A stretch of DNA of 64,000 nucleotides, taken from NCBI RefSeq assembly GCF_018977255.1, contig NW_024704742.1, positions 78,618,001-78,682,000 of the forward strand, written 5' to 3'. The position numbers and the translations under genes were made by a program. Shown piece by piece: positions 61,926 to 64,000 of this stretch (positions are counted from its first letter, which is position 1; each line of letters starts with the position of its first letter). The DNA is from Callorhinchus milii. Its lineage: Eukaryota. A model generated the notes under the pieces. It was given only the letters and a program-made list of their open reading frames with translations, did no database searches and was not told the DNA's origin.

Positions 61926-63192
61926 TAATAGTAATATTAATCCTTGCATTTGATACATCACCTTATCGCATAGTCGAGACATCGCAAAGCGTTTCACAAA
62001 ATATCTCTAAAATGAATTGACTGTATATTTTGTGGACGAAACGCAGCAGCCAATTGCACACAGCAGTGTCCCAAAAGTCTAGAAGTTAATATGAATATTG
62101 ATTGGAAATCTTAAAAGCTCTTTTCAAAAAAACAAAACAGACAAGAAGAATCTTACCATACTGACCATTCAATTCTATGTGAAACAGAAAACAGATATTC
62201 AGCTCTTGACATTTCAGTCCTGTTAAATAGACCTTAGTGTGAGAAGCTAAATGCAGGTAAAACACCCGAATGCTTATACAAAAGGACGGATATGTTGTCT
62301 CACCATATCGTAGTGATTTGACAACACTAGAGTTTGGCTCCTTTTAGTAACATTTCTTAAAATTCTGACCTCGCGTTCTGGAACTCTCTCGCAGAGTCCC
62401 TCCGACTTCTTCACTCCCCTCGTTCAAAGCTCATCTCACACATGCCTCTTTGACTGTGCTGTCAGTCACCTTTCCCCCTTCGGCTCTCACAAATCGGGTG
62501 CCCAGCCAGCAGTGTCAAGTGCTTTGAGATCCTCCCAGTGTGAAAGGTGCTATATGAATGTAAATTGTATTGTATCACAATTTTTCAAAGCACCTCCAGT
62601 TTTGTTAATGACTTGATTTGATTGAGTCTTATGTCTTCCTCCTTTATTATTCCTATCGATGGGTTGAAAAGTTCATTTGTTTTAAGTCCTGCACTGTCAC
62701 TTATAATAACTCATGCGTCACAGCAATGTGGAATAAAAAACATGTCTATAAGATCAGCCAGATGTGTGGCACCGCTGGCTTCTTGAAAAGGATGTGGTCT
62801 CTGTGTGTGTGGGGGGGAGGGGAGTGCAGTTACAGTATATCTGGAAACTTATCAGCTCACCTATCCCTATGTCCTGGTCACCAGCTTCCTCAGCTCCACC
62901 CCGCACGTACTGTACAATATTCTGAACTCTGTAGTCCTTGTCCTCTCTTATCCACGAGTTTATTGCCCCCATCCTCACTCAGCTCCACTGGCTCCCCATT
63001 CCCCACGGGATCAAATTCAAGATCCTCATTCTCACTTTCAAATCCCACCATAGCCTCGCCTTAACCTGCTTGTGTGACCTCCTGCATCCCTACCATCCTG
63101 GCTGCTCCCTCTGTCACCAAGCCCCCACCCTCCCCCAATCTTCTCAGCTTGCCCAAACCCTGGCAACTCTGGCACCCAGTCAGCTTAGTGAA

Positions 63193-63510
63193 AGTCGTGT
63201 AGCTCAGTGGTTAGAGAACTTGCCTTGCAAGCAAGAGACCTAGGTTCGCTTCCCAGCAGGGCGAAATCTTGGCAAGTTTCCTTACTTCGCACGCCTGATA
63301 ATAGTCCCTCAAGAAAAAAAAACAATAATAAAATTGGTCGCTTTAATCCACGACTGTTTGTGGGACACTGCTGTGTGTAATTGGCTGCTGCATTTCGCCC
63401 ACAAATCTACAGTCAATTCACTTTACAGTATATTCTGTGAAGGGCTTTGAGATGTTTGAACGATTTGATGAGGTGCTATATCAAATGCAAGGATTATTAT
63501 TCATATTATT
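63193..63510 (+). mobile_element. Young tRNA-derived SINE
   Basis: 'tagctcagtggttagag...ggttcgcttcc' head with the family body and tail. Confidence 0.88.
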
Positions 63511-64000
63511 GCAATCTCATAAGATTCCTGTTTCCATTTCCCAGAAAATCTCTCCTCATTGCCTTCTTGATTGTAGGTTTTTGAGTTCCTGATGATATAA
63601 TACAAAGAGACTGATCAGCAGGATCTCAAACTAATGTAAGTATTTTATTCAATCAAAGAGACATCAATAGGCTGTTATACTCTACACACAACCAAAGCGC
63701 GTAGTTTGGATACAAGGGTGATCAAATCCTTCCTCCGGGAGAGATTGTGACTGTTTAGTGTACATCGATCACGTGTTGACATATAATCTTTCTCCTTCAG
63801 TGGGGTTATCTTGCTCTTCTACCAATGTATTGGGGTCATTACTTTTATACCATATTCTCATGCCAACCCCTGACCAGATCTTGCTTTTTCACAGAAACTT
63901 GTGGCCAGTTTACACTGGTTCTTCATCTCTGCTTTACCTTTTCATGCTCTGCAGCTCATGTCCTCTCCCGTACCAGACTCCCCAAACCGATCACCCCCAT

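Noticed and set aside
62157..62219. Minus-strand segment with good splice signals (aacag|...|gtaaga); a similar + strand candidate at 63577-63634
   Set aside because: Isolated, with no recognisable peptide; the + strand candidate has stops in all three frames. Not supportable without RNA data.

Overview
Repeat-rich vertebrate genomic DNA. The repeat set (Deu-domain tRNA SINEs, L2 and CR1 LINEs, Penelope-like ends) points to a cartilaginous fish, plausibly a holocephalan such as elephant shark; this is an inference. One intact protein-coding gene can be assembled by hand: THUMPD2 on the + strand, with 10 coding exons from 22494 to 33049, all GT-AG introns, and 1530 nt = 509 aa. Its probable promoter is a CpG-rich region at about 18.9-19.1 kb that looks bidirectional and is bracketed by two G-rich minisatellites of opposite polarity. 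The most notable non-routine feature is a 1.3-kb hAT-type DNA transposon (36863-38177) with 19-bp TIRs and an 8-bp TSD. It carries a decayed, intron-split CGGBP1-like zinc-finger/N-terminal coding region interrupted by a TTAA-flanked palindromic MITE, and a second fragment of the family lies in THUMPD2 intron 1. Also present are a solo LTR, Penelope-like ends with degenerate hammerhead ribozyme motifs, several MITEs, and many nested LINE/SINE insertions. Most ORFs in the supplied track are LINE/SINE or minisatellite artefacts. I see no evidence for a wholly new biological system; the findings are transposon and regulatory curiosities. All homology calls come from recalled sequences and manual alignment, not database searches.
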